From assembly GCF_988242995.1 (NCBI RefSeq), contig NZ_OZ547043.1: a stretch of DNA of 64,000 nucleotides. One strand, 5' to 3'. The notes under the pieces are model-generated. The model saw only the letters and a program-made list of their open reading frames with translations. It was not told the origin of the DNA and searched no databases. The position numbers and the translations under genes are program-made. This document shows, piece by piece, positions 21,117 through 37,817 of the stretch (its first letter is position 1; each line of letters begins with the position of its first letter).

Positions 21117-22376
21117 GTGTCGCAAGATAACAACTTTAGCCAGGGGCCAGTCCCGCAGTCGGCGCGGAAAGGGGTATTGGCATTGACGTTCGTCATGCTG
21201 GGATTAACCTTCTTTTCCGCCAGTATGTGGACCGGCGGCACTCTCGGAACCGGTCTTAGCTATCATGATTTCTTCCTCGCAGTTCTCATCGGTAATCTTC
21301 TCCTCGGTATTTACACTTCATTTCTCGGTTACATTGGCGCAAAAACCGGCCTGACCACTCATCTTCTTGCTCGCTTCTCGTTTGGTGTTAAAGGCTCATG
21401 GCTGCCTTCACTGCTACTGGGCGGCACCCAGGTTGGCTGGTTTGGCGTTGGCGTGGCGATGTTTGCCATTCCGGTGGGCAAGGCAACTGGGCTGGATATT
21501 AATTTGCTGATTGCCGTCTCCGGTGTACTGATGACCGTCACCGTCTTCTTTGGTATTTCGGCGCTGACGGTTCTTTCGGTGATTGCAGTTCCGGCTATCG
21601 CCTGCCTGGGCGGTTATTCCGTGTGGTTGGCCGTTAACGGCATGGGCGGCCTGGACGCATTAAAAGCGGTCGTTCCCGCACAACCGTTAGATTTCAATGT
21701 CGCGCTGGCGCTGGTTGTGGGGTCATTTATCAGTGCGGGCACGCTCACCGCTGACTTTGTCCGGTTTGGTCGTAATGCCAAACTGGCGGTGCTGGTGGCG
21801 ATGGTGGCCTTTTTCCTCGGCAACTCGTTGATGTTTATTTTCGGTGCAGCGGGCGCGGCGGCACTGGGGATGGCGGATATCTCTGATGTGATGATTGCTC
21901 AGGGTCTGCTGCTGCCTGCGATTGTGGTGCTGGGGCTGAATATCTGGACCACCAACGATAACGCGCTCTATGCGTCGGGCTTAGGTTTCGCCAACATTAC
22001 CGGGATGTCGAGCAAAACCCTTTCGGTAATCAACGGTATTATCGGTACGGTCTGCGCACTATGGCTGTATAACAATTTTGTCGGCTGGCTGACCTTCCTT
22101 TCGGCAGCTATTCCTCCGGTAGGGGGCGTGATCATCGCTGACTATCTGATGAACCGTCGCCGCTATGAGCACTTTGCGTCCACGCGTATGATGAGTGTCA
22201 ATTGGGTGGCGATTCTGGCGGTCGCCTTGGGGATTGCCGCAGGCCACTGGTTACCGGGAATTGTTCCGGTCAACGCGGTATTAGGTGGCGCGCTGAGCTA
22301 TCTGATCCTTAACCCGATTTTGAATCGTAAAACGACAGCAGCAATGACGCATGTGGAGGCTAACAGTGTCGAATAA
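21117..22376 (+). CDS. codB: cytosine permease (GTG start)
   Basis: 419 aa, NCS1 transporter, recognised CodB. Confidence 0.9.
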   Translation: MSQDNNFSQGPVPQSARKGVLALTFVMLGLTFFSASMWTGGTLGTGLSYHDFFLAVLIGNLLLGIYTSFLGYIGAKTGLTTHLLARFSFGVKGSWLPSLLLGGTQVGWFGVGVAMFAIPVGKATGLDINLLIAVSGVLMTVTVFFGISALTVLSVIAVPAIACLGGYSVWLAVNGMGGLDALKAVVPAQPLDFNVALALVVGSFISAGTLTADFVRFGRNAKLAVLVAMVAFFLGNSLMFIFGAAGAAALGMADISDVMIAQGLLLPAIVVLGLNIWTTNDNALYASGLGFANITGMSSKTLSVINGIIGTVCALWLYNNFVGWLTFLSAAIPPVGGVIIADYLMNRRRYEHFASTRMMSVNWVAILAVALGIAAGHWLPGIVPVNAVLGGALSYLILNPILNRKTTAAMTHVEANSVE

Positions 22377-23649
22377 CGCTTTACAGACAATTATTAACGC
22401 CCGGTTACCCGGCAAAGAGGGGCTGTGGCAGATTCATCTGCTGGACGGAAAAATCAGCGCCATTGATGCGCAATCCGGGGTGATGCCCGTAACTGAAAAC
22501 AGCCTGGATGCCGAACAAGGTTTAGTTATACCGCCGTTTGTGGAGCCACATATTCACCTGGACACCACGCAAACCGCCGGACAACCGAACTGGAATCAGT
22601 CTGGCACGCTGTTTGAAGGCATTGAACGCTGGGCCGAGCGCAAAGCGTTATTAACCCATGACGATGTGAAACAACGCGCCTGGCAAACGCTGAAATGGCA
22701 GATTGCCAACGGCATTCAGCATGTGCGTACCCATGTCGATGTTTCGGATGCAACGCTGACCGCGCTGAAAGCAATGCTGGAAGTGAAGCAGGAAGTCGCG
22801 CCGTGGATTGATCTGCAAATCGTCGCCTTCCCGCAGGAAGGGATTTTGTCGTATCCCAACGGTGAAGCGTTGCTGGAAGAGGCGTTACGCTTAGGGGCAG
22901 ACGTAGTGGGGGCGATTCCGCATTTTGAATTTACCCGTGAATATGGCGTGGAGTCGCTGCATAAAACCTTCGCCCTGGCGCAAAAATACGACCGTCTCAT
23001 CGATGTTCACTGTGATGAGATTGATGACGAACAGTCGCGCTTTGTTGAAACCGTTGCTGCCCTGGCGCACCGTGAAGGCATGGGCGCGCGAGTCACCGCC
23101 AGCCACACTACGGCAATGCACTCCTATAACGGGGCGTATACCTCGCGCCTGTTCCGCTTGCTGAAAATGTCCGGTATTAACTTTGTCGCCAACCCGCTGG
23201 TCAATATTCATCTGCAAGGACGTTTCGATACGTATCCAAAACGTCGCGGCATCACGCGCGTTAAAGAGATGCTGGAGTCCGGCATTAACGTCTGCTTTGG
23301 TCACGATGATGTCTTCGATCCGTGGTATCCACTGGGAACGGCGAATATGCTGCAAGTGCTGCATATGGGGCTGCATGTTTGTCAGTTGATGGGCTACGGG
23401 CAGATTAACGACGGCCTGAATTTAATCACCCACCATAGCGCCAGGACGTTGAATTTGCAGGATTACGGCATTGCCGCCGGAAACAGCGCCAACCTGATTA
23501 TCCTGCCTGCAGAAAATGGGTTTGATGCGCTGCGCCGTCAGGTTCCTGTACGTTATTCGGTACGTGGCGGTAAGGTGATTGCCAGCACACAACCGGCACA
23601 AACCACCGTATATCTGGATCAGCCAGAAGCCATCGATTACAAACGGTAA
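22366..23649 (+). CDS. codA: cytosine deaminase (GTG start)
   Basis: 427 aa from GTG 22366 ([16 protein letters not shown]...); overlaps the codB 3' end; the track start at 22351 is an upstream extension. Confidence 0.9.
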   Translation: MSNNALQTIINARLPGKEGLWQIHLLDGKISAIDAQSGVMPVTENSLDAEQGLVIPPFVEPHIHLDTTQTAGQPNWNQSGTLFEGIERWAERKALLTHDDVKQRAWQTLKWQIANGIQHVRTHVDVSDATLTALKAMLEVKQEVAPWIDLQIVAFPQEGILSYPNGEALLEEALRLGADVVGAIPHFEFTREYGVESLHKTFALAQKYDRLIDVHCDEIDDEQSRFVETVAALAHREGMGARVTASHTTAMHSYNGAYTSRLFRLLKMSGINFVANPLVNIHLQGRFDTYPKRRGITRVKEMLESGINVCFGHDDVFDPWYPLGTANMLQVLHMGLHVCQLMGYGQINDGLNLITHHSARTLNLQDYGIAAGNSANLIILPAENGFDALRRQVPVRYSVRGGKVIASTQPAQTTVYLDQPEAIDYKR

Positions 23650-23667
23650 TTTCCTCTGTGTTGAAGA

Positions 23668-23689
23668 GCCACTGACCTGTGTCAGTGGC
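23668..23689. terminator. bidirectional hairpin between convergent codA and cynR
   Basis: GCCACTGAC-CTGT-GTCAGTGGC, 9-bp perfect stem. Confidence 0.6.
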
Positions 23690-24588
23690 TACCGTGATTC
23701 ATTCCCGCCAACAACCGCGCATTCCTCCAACGCCATGTGCAAAAATGCCTTCGCGGCGGCTGTCTGCCAGCTATTTTTCCGCCGCAATAAAACCGCCGTT
23801 CTCTCCAGTAACGGTGGGGCAAGGGATATAGCTTTAAGCCCGTCATGTTGTGTGGCAATCGCTGCTGGCAACAATGTGGAAAGGGAAGTGCGGCGAATCA
23901 GCTCCAGAACCGCGCTAATTGAGTTCGCCTCAATGACCACCTGTGGATGTAGCCCCGCTTTCTCGCAGTAGTGGTCAATTTGCTCTCTGGTGGCAAATTC
24001 CGCGCTGAGCAGGACCAGTTTTTCATCATGCAAGCGACTCAACGCCACCTGTTCACAGGCAGCCAGCGGATGATGTTGCGCCACGACTAACGCTAAACTT
24101 TCTGTCAGTAAAGGAATTGCCTCCAGCTCCGGCGAATGCACAGGCGCGAAGGCAATCCCAACGTCCAACTCGTCGCGACAAAGCAGATCTTCGATTTTCT
24201 CCTGCGACATTTCCTGTAGCTGGAGCGTGATGCCGGGGTAGCGCGCATAGAAATCCGCCATTAAAGGGCCGATAAAGTAGCTTGTAAAGGTGGGAGTGAC
24301 GGCGATACGCAGCGATCCTCGCGTCAGATCGGCAACATCATGAATCGCCCGTTTACCCGCCCCCAGTTCCTGTAACGCCCGGCTGGCGTACTGTCGCCAG
24401 ACTTCTCCTGCATCAGTGAGACGAATCGTTCGCCCGCTACGGTCAAACAGCGGCACGCCTAAACTCTCCTCTAACTGGCGAATCTGCTGGGAAAGCGCAG
24501 GCTGGGAGACGTGCAACGCACTGGCGGCACGGGTAAAGCTGCCATGTTCAGCCACGGCAAGAAAATAATTGATATGTCGAGAGAGCAT
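23689..24588 (-). CDS. cynR: LysR-family regulator of the cyn operon
   Basis: 299 aa from [18 protein letters not shown]... (LysR HTH). Confidence 0.9.
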   Translation of the reverse strand: MLSRHINYFLAVAEHGSFTRAASALHVSQPALSQQIRQLEESLGVPLFDRSGRTIRLTDAGEVWRQYASRALQELGAGKRAIHDVADLTRGSLRIAVTPTFTSYFIGPLMADFYARYPGITLQLQEMSQEKIEDLLCRDELDVGIAFAPVHSPELEAIPLLTESLALVVAQHHPLAACEQVALSRLHDEKLVLLSAEFATREQIDHYCEKAGLHPQVVIEANSISAVLELIRRTSLSTLLPAAIATQHDGLKAISLAPPLLERTAVLLRRKNSWQTAAAKAFLHMALEECAVVGGNESR

Positions 24589-24697
24589 TCGCCAACCTAT
24601 AAGTAAATCCAATAGAACTCATCATAAATGAGACTTTTACCTTATGACAATCGGCGAGTAGTCTGCCTCTCATTCCAGAGACAGACAGAGGTTAACG

Positions 24698-25357
24698 GTG
24701 AAAGAGATTATTGATGGATTCCTTAAATTCCAGCGCGAGGCATTTCCGAAGCGGGAAGCCTTGTTTAAACAGCTGGCGACACAGCAAAGCCCGCGCACAC
24801 TTTTTATCTCCTGCTCCGACAGCCGTCTGGTCCCTGAGCTGGTGACGCAACGTGAGCCTGGCGATCTGTTCGTTATTCGCAACGCGGGCAATATTGTCCC
24901 TTCCTACGGGCCGGAACCCGGTGGCGTTTCTGCTTCGGTGGAGTATGCCGTCGCTGCGCTTCGGGTATCTGACATTGTGATTTGCGGTCATTCCAACTGT
25001 GGCGCGATGACCGCCATTGCCAGCTGTCAGTGCATGGACCATATGCCTGCCGTCTCCCACTGGCTGCGTTATGCCGATTCAGCCCGCGTCGTTAATGAGG
25101 CGCGCCCGCATCCCGATTTACCGTCAAAAGCTGCGGCGATGGTACGTGAAAACGTCATTGCTCAGTTGGCTAATTTGCAAACTCATCCATCGGTGCGCCT
25201 GGCGCTCGAAGAGGGGCGGATCGCCCTGCACGGCTGGGTCTACGACATTGAAAGCGGCAGCATCGCAGCTTTTGACGGCGCAACCCGCCAGTTTGTGCCA
25301 CTGGCAGCTAATCCTCGCGTTTGTGCCATACCGCTACGCCAACCGACCGCAGCGTAA
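24698..25357 (+). CDS. cynT: beta-carbonic anhydrase
   Basis: 219 aa; CSDSR and HxxCG zinc-ligand motifs. Confidence 0.9.
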   Translation: MKEIIDGFLKFQREAFPKREALFKQLATQQSPRTLFISCSDSRLVPELVTQREPGDLFVIRNAGNIVPSYGPEPGGVSASVEYAVAALRVSDIVICGHSNCGAMTAIASCQCMDHMPAVSHWLRYADSARVVNEARPHPDLPSKAAAMVRENVIAQLANLQTHPSVRLALEEGRIALHGWVYDIESGSIAAFDGATRQFVPLAANPRVCAIPLRQPTAA

Positions 25358-25369
25358 CCTTATTTTTAA

Positions 25370-25858
<489 letters not shown>

Positions 25859-26181
25859 CAGCCATGCGCAACCATCAAAAGACGTTCACGATGCTGCTGG
25901 TTCTGGTGCTGATTGGTCTTAATATGCGACCACTGCTCACCTCCGTCGGGCCACTGCTACCGCAATTGCGCCAGGCAAGCGGAATGAGCTTTAGCGTGGC
26001 TGCCCTGTTGACCGCTCTGCCGGTGGTTACCATGGGCGGGCTGGCGCTGGCCGGAAGCTGGCTTCATCAGCATGTCAGCGAACGTCGCAGCGTCGCCATC
26101 AGTTTGTTACTGATTGCCGTCGGTGCATTGATGCGTGAGCTTTACCCCCAAAGTGCGCTGCTGCTTAGCAGCGCACTGCTT

Positions 26182-26893
26182 GTGCACAGAAAACCCCCAG
26201 CTAGGCTGGGGGTTCCGGAAAGCTTTCAGCTTTGAGCCAGTTATTAAAACCCCTTTTGATTTGTTAAAACACCTTGCGGTCTGGCAACTGCAAGTGTCAA
26301 ACAAGAAATCAAAAGGGGGTCCCAATGGGGAACGAAAAGAGCTTAGCGCACACCCGATGGAACTGTAAATATCACATAGTTTTTGCGCCAAAATACCGAA
26401 GACAGGTGTTCTACAGAGAGAAGCGTAGAGCAATAGGCAGTATTTTGAGAAAGCTGTGTGAGTGGAAAAGCGTACGGATTCTGGAAGCTGAATGCTGTGC
26501 AGATCATATCCATATGCTTGTGGAGATCCCGCCCAAAATGAGCGTATCCGGGTTTATGGGATATCTGAAAGGGAAAAGCAGTCTGATGCTTTACGAGCAG
26601 TTTGGTGATTTGAAATTCAAATACAGGAACAGGGAGTTCTGGTGCAGAGGGTACTACGTCGATACAGTGGGTAAGAACACGGCGAAGATACAGGATTACA
26701 TAAAGCACCAGCTTGAAGAGGATAAAATGGGAGAGCAGTTATCGATTCCCTATCCGGGCAGCCCGTTTACGGGCCGTAAGTAACGAAGTTGGATGCAAAT
26801 GTCAGATCGTGTGCGCCTGTTAGGGCGCGGCTGGTAAGAGAGCCTTATAGGCGCATTTGAAAAACCTCCGGCTATGCCGGAGGATATTTATTT
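26182..26893 (+). mobile_element. IS200 (IS200/IS605 family) insertion, about 712 bp
   Basis: Interrupts the cynX reading frame; 5' terminal hairpin CCCCCAGC-TAG-GCTGGGGG (26194..26212); Y1 transposase gene; 3' hairpin CCTCCGGC-TAT-GCCGGAGG (26865..26883) followed by a T-rich tract; boundaries accurate to a few bp. Confidence 0.85.
26325..26783 (+). CDS. tnpA: IS200 TnpA (HUH / Y1 transposase)
   Basis: 152 aa from MGNEKSLAHTRWNCKYHIVFAPKYRR...; HUH motif (DHIHMLVEI) and catalytic Tyr region (RGYYVDTVG). Confidence 0.9.
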   Translation: MGNEKSLAHTRWNCKYHIVFAPKYRRQVFYREKRRAIGSILRKLCEWKSVRILEAECCADHIHMLVEIPPKMSVSGFMGYLKGKSSLMLYEQFGDLKFKYRNREFWCRGYYVDTVGKNTAKIQDYIKHQLEEDKMGEQLSIPYPGSPFTGRK

Positions 26894-27796
26894 GGTGGAG
26901 TGGGGATCGGCATCATTCAGGCAGTGATGCCTTCGGTAATTAAGCGGCGGTTTCAGCACCGTACGCCACTGGTGATGGGGCTGTGGTCCGCGGCTCTGAT
27001 GGGCGGCGGTGGACTTGGTGCCGCCATTACGCCCTGGTTAGTTCAACATAGCGAAACCTGGTATCAAACACTCGCCTGGTGGGCGCTGCCTGCCGTTGTT
27101 GCGCTCTTTGCCTGGTGGTGGCAAAGCGCCCGCGAGGTCGCCTCTTCTCACAAGACAACAACCACTCCGGTTCGCGTGGTATTTACTCCCCGCGCGTGGA
27201 CGCTGGGTGTTTACTTCGGTCTGATTAACGGTGGTTACGCCAGCCTGATTGCCTGGTTACCCGCTTTCTATATTGAGATTGGTGCCAGCGCGCAGTACAG
27301 CGGTTCCTTGCTGGCATTGATGACGCTTGGGCAAGCAGCAGGGGCATTGCTGATGCCTGCTATGGCTCGCCATCAGGATCGGCGCAAACTTTTGATGCTG
27401 GCGCTGGCGTTACAACTGGTGGGGTTCTGCGGCTTTATCTGGCTGCCGCTGCAATTGCCGGTATTGTGGGCAATGGTGTGTGGGTTAGGTCTGGGCGGCG
27501 CATTTCCGCTCTGTTTGCTGCTGGCGCTCGATCACTCTGCGCAACCCGCTATTGCTGGCAAACTGGTGGCGTTTATGCAGGGGATCGGTTTTATCATCGC
27601 CGGGCTTGCCCCGTGGTTTTCTGGTGTGCTGCGTAGTATCAGTGGCAATTACTTGATGGACTGGGCGTTTCATGCGCTGTGCGTCGTTGGGCTGATGATC
27701 ATAACCCTGCGTTTTGCACCAGCACGTTTTCCGCAGCTGTGGGTCAAAGAGGCATGATGCGACGCTTGTTTCGCCAGATAATGGAAGAGTGAATTA

Positions 27797-27827
27797 TTGT
27801 CGGATGTGCCCAATGGCGCATCCGACA
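27797..27827. repeat. REP element
   Basis: TGTCGGATGTGCCCAATGGCGCATCCGACA palindrome between cynX and lacA. Confidence 0.6.
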
Positions 27828-27844
27828 TTTATTTCAGTGCTTAT

Positions 27845-28456
27845 TTAAACTGAAGGTTCAACTTTATAATCTTTGTAATAATAGTGCTTATCCCGGTCGT
27901 TTATTTCGCGAATAACCCGGCAAGGAACGCCAGCAGCCACGACGTTTGGTGGAATGTCTTTTATGACGACACTACCCGCGCCAATAACAGAATTATCCCC
28001 GATGGTGACGCCTGGATTAATGACCACATGACTTCCGATCCAGACGTTATTGCCAATCGTTATCGGAAAAGAGTACATCTCACCGTTTTTTCTCAATTCA
28101 TGGTGTACAGGGTGTCCCGTAACGGAAAGAGTAACATTGGGAGCAATCAGTACGTTATCACCGATTGTTACCGTGTAGTCATCGACAATGGTTAAATTAA
28201 AATTTGCATAAAAATTGCGGCCTATATGGATGTTGGAACCGTAAGAGAAATAGACGGGTGGTTCTACCCAGGCGTTTTCCCCTACCGTGGCAAACATTTC
28301 TTTAATCAGGCTTTCTCTTTTTTCAACTTCTGATGGATGCGAGTGATTAAACTCATACATTAACGTTTTCCCACGAAGTCTTTTTTCCGGTAAGCCTTCG
28401 CACATATCGGTAAATAGCTTGCCTGCTTTTATTCTTTCGGTCATCGACATGTTCAT
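27845..28456 (-). CDS. lacA: galactoside O-acetyltransferase
   Basis: 203 aa from MNMSMTERI...; hexapeptide-repeat acetyltransferase. Confidence 0.95.
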   Translation of the reverse strand: MNMSMTERIKAGKLFTDMCEGLPEKRLRGKTLMYEFNHSHPSEVEKRESLIKEMFATVGENAWVEPPVYFSYGSNIHIGRNFYANFNLTIVDDYTVTIGDNVLIAPNVTLSVTGHPVHHELRKNGEMYSFPITIGNNVWIGSHVVINPGVTIGDNSVIGAGSVVIKDIPPNVVAAGVPCRVIREINDRDKHYYYKDYKVEPSV

Positions 28457-28480
28457 TGCGATCATTCCGTCCTGATATGT

Positions 28481-28516
28481 TGGTCGGATAAGGCGCTCGC
28501 GCCGCATCCGACATTG
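28481..28516. repeat. REP element between lacY and lacA
   Basis: TGGTCGGATAAGGCGCTCGCGCCGCATCCGACATTG. Confidence 0.7.
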
Positions 28517-28521
28517 ATTGC

Positions 28522-29820
<1,299 letters not shown>

Positions 29821-29826
29821 TTATTA

Positions 29827-32939
<3,113 letters not shown>

Positions 32940-32945
32940 CCACAC

Positions 32946-33011
32946 AACATACGAGCCGGACGCATAAAGTGTAAAGCCAGGGGTGCCTAATGAGTGAGCT
33001 GACTCACATTA
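32946..33011 (-). promoter_or_regulatory. lac promoter (-10 TATGTT, -35 TTTACA) with CAP site
   Basis: -10 at 32946..32951 and -35 at 32970..32975 on the minus strand; CAP site TAATGTGAGTCAGCTCACTCATTA at 32988..33011; two spacer substitutions relative to the K-12 sequence as I remember it. Confidence 0.85.
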
Positions 33012-33031
33012 ATTGCGTTGCGCTCACTGCC
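33011..33031. promoter_or_regulatory. lac operator O3
   Basis: AATTGCGTTGCGCTCACTGCC (reverse complement of GGCAGTGAGCGCAACGCAATT) at the lacI 3' end. Confidence 0.85.
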
Positions 33032-34106
33032 CGCTTTCGAGTCGGGAAATTTGTCGCGCCAGCTGCATTAAAGAATCTGCCAACGCCTGGGGAGAAGCGG
33101 TTTGCGTATTGGGCGGAAGGGTGGTTTTTCTTTTCACCAGTGAGACGGGCAACAGCTGATTGCCCTTCACCGCCTGGCCTTGAGAGAGTTGCAACAAGCG
33201 GTCCACGCTGGTTTGCCCCAGCAGGCGAAAATCCTGTTTGATGGTGGTTAACGGCGGGATATAACACGAGCTGTCTTCGGTATCGTCGTATCCCACTACC
33301 GAGATATCCGCACCAACGCGCAGCCCGGACTCGGTAATGGCGCGCATTGCGCCCAGCGCCATCTGATCGTTGGCAACCAGCATCGCAGTGGGAACGATGC
33401 CCTCATTCAGCATTTGCATGGTTTGTTGAAAACCGGACATGGCACTCCAGTCGCCTTCCCGTTCCGCTATCGGCTGAATTTGATTGCGAGTGAGATATTT
33501 ATGCCAGCCCGCCAGGCGCAGACGTGCCGAGACAGAACTTAATGGACCTGCTAACAGCGCGATTTGCTGGTGACCCAATGCGACCAGATGCTCCACGCCC
33601 AGTCGCGTACCGTCTTCATGGGAGAAAATAATACTGTTGATGGGTGTCTGGTCAGAGACATCAAGAAATAACGCCGGAACATTAGCGCAGGCAGCTTCCA
33701 CAGCAATGGCATCCTGGTCATCCAGCGGATAGTTAATGATCAGCCCACTGACGCGTTGCGCGAGAAGATTGTGCACCGCCGCTTTACAGGCTTCGACGCC
33801 GCTTCGTTCTACCATCGACACCACCACGCTGGCACCCAGTTGATCGGCGCGAGATTTAATCGCCGCGACAATTTGCGACGGCGCGTGCAGGGCCAGACTG
33901 GAGGTGGCAACGCCAATCAGCAACGACTGTTTGCCCGCCAGTTGTTGTGCCACGCGGTTGGGAATGTAATTCAGCTCCGCCATCGCCGCTTCCACTTTTT
34001 CCCGCGTTTTCGCAGAAACGTGGCTGGCCTGGTTCACCACGCGGGAAACGGTCTGATAAGAGACACCGGCATACTCTGCGACATCGTATAGCGTTACTGG
34101 TTTCAC
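33024..34106 (-). CDS. lacI: lactose repressor (GTG start)
   Basis: 360 aa from GTG 34106 (VKPVTLYDVAEYAGVSYQTVSRVVN...). Confidence 0.97.
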   Translation of the reverse strand: MKPVTLYDVAEYAGVSYQTVSRVVNQASHVSAKTREKVEAAMAELNYIPNRVAQQLAGKQSLLIGVATSSLALHAPSQIVAAIKSRADQLGASVVVSMVERSGVEACKAAVHNLLAQRVSGLIINYPLDDQDAIAVEAACANVPALFLDVSDQTPINSIIFSHEDGTRLGVEHLVALGHQQIALLAGPLSSVSARLRLAGWHKYLTRNQIQPIAEREGDWSAMSGFQQTMQMLNEGIVPTAMLVANDQMALGAMRAITESGLRVGADISVVGYDDTEDSSCYIPPLTTIKQDFRLLGQTSVDRLLQLSQGQAVKGNQLLPVSLVKRKTTLPPNTQTASPQALADSLMQLARQISRLESGQ

Positions 34107-34182
34107 ATTCACCACCCTGAATTGACTTTCTTCCGGGCGCTATCATGCCATACCACGAAAGGTTTTGCGCCATTCGATGGTG

Positions 34183-35016
34183 TCAACGTAAATGCACGCC
34201 GCTTCGCCGTCCGGCCACCAGAATAGCCTGCGATTCAACCCCTTCTTCGATCTGTTTTGCCACCCGTTGCAGCGCCGGAAGATGCTTTTCCGCTGCCTGT
34301 TCAATGGTCATTGCGCTCGCCATATACACCAGATTCAGACAGCCAATCACCCGTTGTTCACTGCGCAGCGGTACGGCAATGGAGGCGATCTTTTCTTCTT
34401 GATCCCAGCCGCGGTAGTTCTGTCCGTACCCCTCTTTGCGCGCCCGCGCCAGAATGGCTTCCAGTTTTAACGGTTCCCGTGCCAGTTGATAGTCATCACC
34501 GGGACGGGTGGCTAACATTTCGATTAATTCCTTGCGTTCTTGTTCCGGGCAAAAGGCCAGCCAGGTCAGGCCCGAGGCGGTTTTCAGGAGCGGTAAACGT
34601 CGCCCGACCATTGCCCGGTGAAAGGATAAGCGGCTGAAACGGTGAGTGGTTTCGCGTACCACCATTGCATCAACATCCAGCGTGGACACATCTGTCGGCC
34701 ATACCACTTCGCGCAACAGATCGCCCAGCAGTGGGGCCGCCAGTGCAGAAATCCACTGTTCGTCACGAAATCCTTCGCTTAATTGCCGCACTTTGATGGT
34801 CAGACGAAAACTGTCATCGGAGGGACTACGCCGGACATATCCCTCTTCCTGCAGCGTCTCCAGCAGTCGCCGCACAGTGGTGCGATGCAGGCCGCTGAGT
34901 TCCGCCAGCAGCCCGACGCTGGCACCGCCGTCAAGTTTATTTAACATATTTAATAACATTAGACCGCGGGTTAAGCCGCGTACGGTTTTGTATTCCGTCT
35001 GCTCATTGTTTTGCAT
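34183..35016 (-). CDS. mhpR: IclR-family activator of the mhp operon
   Basis: 277 aa from MQNNEQTEYKTVRGLTRGL...; the track start at 35130 is an upstream extension. Confidence 0.9.
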   Translation of the reverse strand: MQNNEQTEYKTVRGLTRGLMLLNMLNKLDGGASVGLLAELSGLHRTTVRRLLETLQEEGYVRRSPSDDSFRLTIKVRQLSEGFRDEQWISALAAPLLGDLLREVVWPTDVSTLDVDAMVVRETTHRFSRLSFHRAMVGRRLPLLKTASGLTWLAFCPEQERKELIEMLATRPGDDYQLAREPLKLEAILARARKEGYGQNYRGWDQEEKIASIAVPLRSEQRVIGCLNLVYMASAMTIEQAAEKHLPALQRVAKQIEEGVESQAILVAGRRSGVHLR

Positions 35017-35049
35017 ATTAATTGACATTTCTATAGTTAAAACAACGTT

Positions 35050-35064
35050 GTGCACCTGGTGCAC
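35050..35064. promoter_or_regulatory. palindromic operator in the mhpR-mhpA intergenic region (probable MhpR site)
   Basis: GTGCACC-T-GGTGCAC perfect inverted repeat. Confidence 0.6.
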
Positions 35065-35206
35065 ATTCGGGCATGTTTTGATTGTAGCCGAAAACACCCT
35101 TCCTATACTGAGCGCACAATAAAAAATCATTTACATGTTTTTAACAAAATAAGTTGCGCTGTACTGTGCGCGCAACGGCATTTTGTCCGAGTCGTGAGGT
35201 ACTGAA

Positions 35207-36871
35207 ATGGCAATACAACACCCTGACATCCAGCCTGCTGTTAACCATAGCGTTCAGGTGGCGATCGCTGGTGCCGGTCCGGTCGGGCTGATGATGGCGA
35301 ACTATCTCGGCCAGATGGGCATTGACGTGCTGGTGGTGGAGAAACTCGATAAGTTGATCGACTACCCGCGTGCGATTGGTATTGATGACGAGGCGCTGCG
35401 CACCATGCAGTCGGTTGGCCTGGTCGATAATGTTCTGCCGCACACTACGCCGTGGCACGCGATGCGTTTTCTCACCCCAAAAGGTCGCTGTTTTGCTGAT
35501 ATTCAGCCAATGACCGATGAATTTGGCTGGCCGCGCCGTAACGCCTTTATTCAGCCGCAGGTCGATGCGGTGATGCTGGAAGGATTGTCGCGTTTTCCGA
35601 ATGTGCGCTGCTTGTTTTCCCGCGAGCTGGAGGCCTTCAGCCAGCAAGATGACGAAGTGACCGTGCACCTGAAAACGGCAGAAGGGCAGCGGGAAACGGT
35701 CAAAGCCCAGTGGCTGGTGGCCTGTGATGGTGGGGCAAGTTTTGTCCGTCGCACTCTGAATGTGCCGTTTGAAGGTAAAACTGCGCCAAATCAGTGGATT
35801 GTGGTAGATATCGCCAACGATCCGTTAAGTACGCCGCATATCTATTTGTGTTGTGATCCGGTGCGCCCGTATGTTTCTGCCGCGCTGCCTCATGCGGTAC
35901 GTCGCTTTGAATTTATGGTGATGCCGGGAGAAACCGAAGAACAGCTGCGTGAGCCGCAAAATATGCGCAAGCTGTTAAGCAAAGTGCTGCCTAATCCGGA
36001 CAATGTTGAATTGATTCGCCAGCGTGTCTACACCCATAACGCGCGACTGGCGCAACGTTTCCGTATTGATCGCGTACTGCTGGCGGGCGATGCCGCGCAC
36101 ATCATGCCGGTATGGCAGGGGCAGGGCTATAACAGTGGCATGCGCGACGCCTTTAACCTTGCCTGGAAACTGGCGTTGGTTATCCAGGGGAAAGCCCGTG
36201 ATGCGCTACTCGATACCTATCAACAAGAACGTCGCGATCACGCCAAAGCGATGATTGACCTGTCCGTGACGGCGGGCAACGTGCTGGCTCCGCCGAAACG
36301 CTGGCAGGGTACGTTACGTGACGGCGTTTCCTGGCTGTTGAATTATCTGCCGCCAGTAAAACGCTACTTCCTCGAAATGCGCTTCAAGCCGATGCCGCAA
36401 TATTACGGCGGTGCGCTGGTGCGTGAGGGCGAAGCGAAGCACTCTCCGGTCGGCAAGATGTTTATTCAGCCGAAAGTCACGCTGGAAAACGGCGACGTGA
36501 CGCTGCTCGATAACGCGATCGGCGCGAACTTCGCGGTAATTGGCTGGGGATGCAATCCACTGTGGGGGATGAGCGACGAGCAAATCCAGCAGTGGCGCGC
36601 GTTGGGCACACGCTTCATTCAGGTGGTGCCGGAAGTGCAAATTCATACCGCACAGGATAACCACGACGGCGTACTACGCGTGGGCGATACGCAAGGTTGC
36701 CTGCGTAGCTGGTTCGCGCAACACAATGCTTCGCTGGTGGTGATGCGCCCGGATCGCTTTGTTGCCGCCACCGCCATTCCGCAAACCCTGGGCAAGACCC
36801 TGAATAAACTGGCGTCGGTGATGACGCTGATCCGCCCTGATGCCGACGTTTCTGTCGAAAAGGTAGCCTGA
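35207..36871 (+). CDS. mhpA: 3-(3-hydroxyphenyl)propionate hydroxylase (FAD monooxygenase)
   Basis: 554 aa; FAD-binding GAGPVG motif. Confidence 0.95.
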   Translation: MAIQHPDIQPAVNHSVQVAIAGAGPVGLMMANYLGQMGIDVLVVEKLDKLIDYPRAIGIDDEALRTMQSVGLVDNVLPHTTPWHAMRFLTPKGRCFADIQPMTDEFGWPRRNAFIQPQVDAVMLEGLSRFPNVRCLFSRELEAFSQQDDEVTVHLKTAEGQRETVKAQWLVACDGGASFVRRTLNVPFEGKTAPNQWIVVDIANDPLSTPHIYLCCDPVRPYVSAALPHAVRRFEFMVMPGETEEQLREPQNMRKLLSKVLPNPDNVELIRQRVYTHNARLAQRFRIDRVLLAGDAAHIMPVWQGQGYNSGMRDAFNLAWKLALVIQGKARDALLDTYQQERRDHAKAMIDLSVTAGNVLAPPKRWQGTLRDGVSWLLNYLPPVKRYFLEMRFKPMPQYYGGALVREGEAKHSPVGKMFIQPKVTLENGDVTLLDNAIGANFAVIGWGCNPLWGMSDEQIQQWRALGTRFIQVVPEVQIHTAQDNHDGVLRVGDTQGCLRSWFAQHNASLVVMRPDRFVAATAIPQTLGKTLNKLASVMTLIRPDADVSVEKVA

Positions 36872-36872
36872 T

Positions 36873-37817
36873 ATGCACGCTTATCTTCACTGTCTTTCCC
36901 ACTCGCCGCTGGTGGGGTATGTCGACCCGGCACAAGAGGTACTCGATGAGGTCAATGGCGTGATTGCCAGCGCCCGCGAGCGTATTGCGGCTTTCTCCCC
37001 TGAACTGGTGGTGCTGTTTGCGCCAGATCATTACAACGGCTTTTTCTATGACGTGATGCCACCGTTCTGTTTAGGCGTTGGAGCGACGGCAATTGGTGAT
37101 TTCGGCAGTGCGGCAGGTGAGCTGCCCGTGCCTGTGGAGCTGGCGGAGGCCTGTGCGCATGCCGTCATGAAGAGCGGAATCGATCTTGCCGTTTCTTACT
37201 GTATGCAGGTGGACCACGGGTTCGCCCAGCCGCTGGAGTTCCTGCTCGGCGGGCTGGATAAGGTGCCAGTACTGCCGGTGTTCATCAACGGTGTCGCCAC
37301 GCCGCTGCCCGGTTTCCAGCGTACCCGCATGTTGGGGGAAGCCATTGGACGTTTCACCAGCACTCTCAATAAACGCGTGCTGTTCCTTGGGTCCGGTGGG
37401 CTTTCCCATCAGCCGCCGGTGCCAGAACTGGCGAAAGCCGATGCCCATATGCGCGACCGTCTATTGGGGAGCGGGAAAGATTTACCCGCCAGTGAGCGCG
37501 AATTACGTCAGCAACGGGTGATTAGCGCCGCTGAGAAGTTTGTTGAGGATCAGAGAACGCTGCATCCGCTCAACCCGATTTGGGATAACCAGTTCATGAC
37601 TTTGCTGGAGCAGGGACGCATACAGGAACTGGATGCCGTCAGTAACGAAGAGCTTTCCGCCATTGCCGGAAAGTCGACACATGAAATCAAAACCTGGGTC
37701 GCCGCTTTTGCCGCTATTTCTGCGTTTGGCAACTGGCGTAGCGAAGGGCGTTATTACCGACCAATCCCGGAGTGGATTGCCGGATTTGGCTCGTTAAGCG
37801 CCAGAACAGAGAACTGA
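36873..37817 (+). CDS. mhpB: extradiol dioxygenase
   Basis: 314 aa. Confidence 0.95.

Larger units (their letters stand above)
25864..27757 (+). pseudogene. cynX: cyanate MFS transporter gene split by an IS200 insertion
   Basis: N-terminal 106 codons (25864..26181) run into IS200 and terminate; the C-terminal 288 codons resume in frame at 26894 (GGVGIGIIQAVMPS...) to the stop at 27755-27757. Confidence 0.85.

Noticed and set aside
26274-26324. Upstream extension of the IS200 transposase ORF (MRSGNCKCQ...)
   Set aside because: The canonical TnpA starts at MGNEKS (26325); the extension lies in the IS200 leader
26135-26368. 77-aa ORF spanning the cynX/IS200 junction
   Set aside because: Chimeric frame created by the insertion; no independent coding evidence
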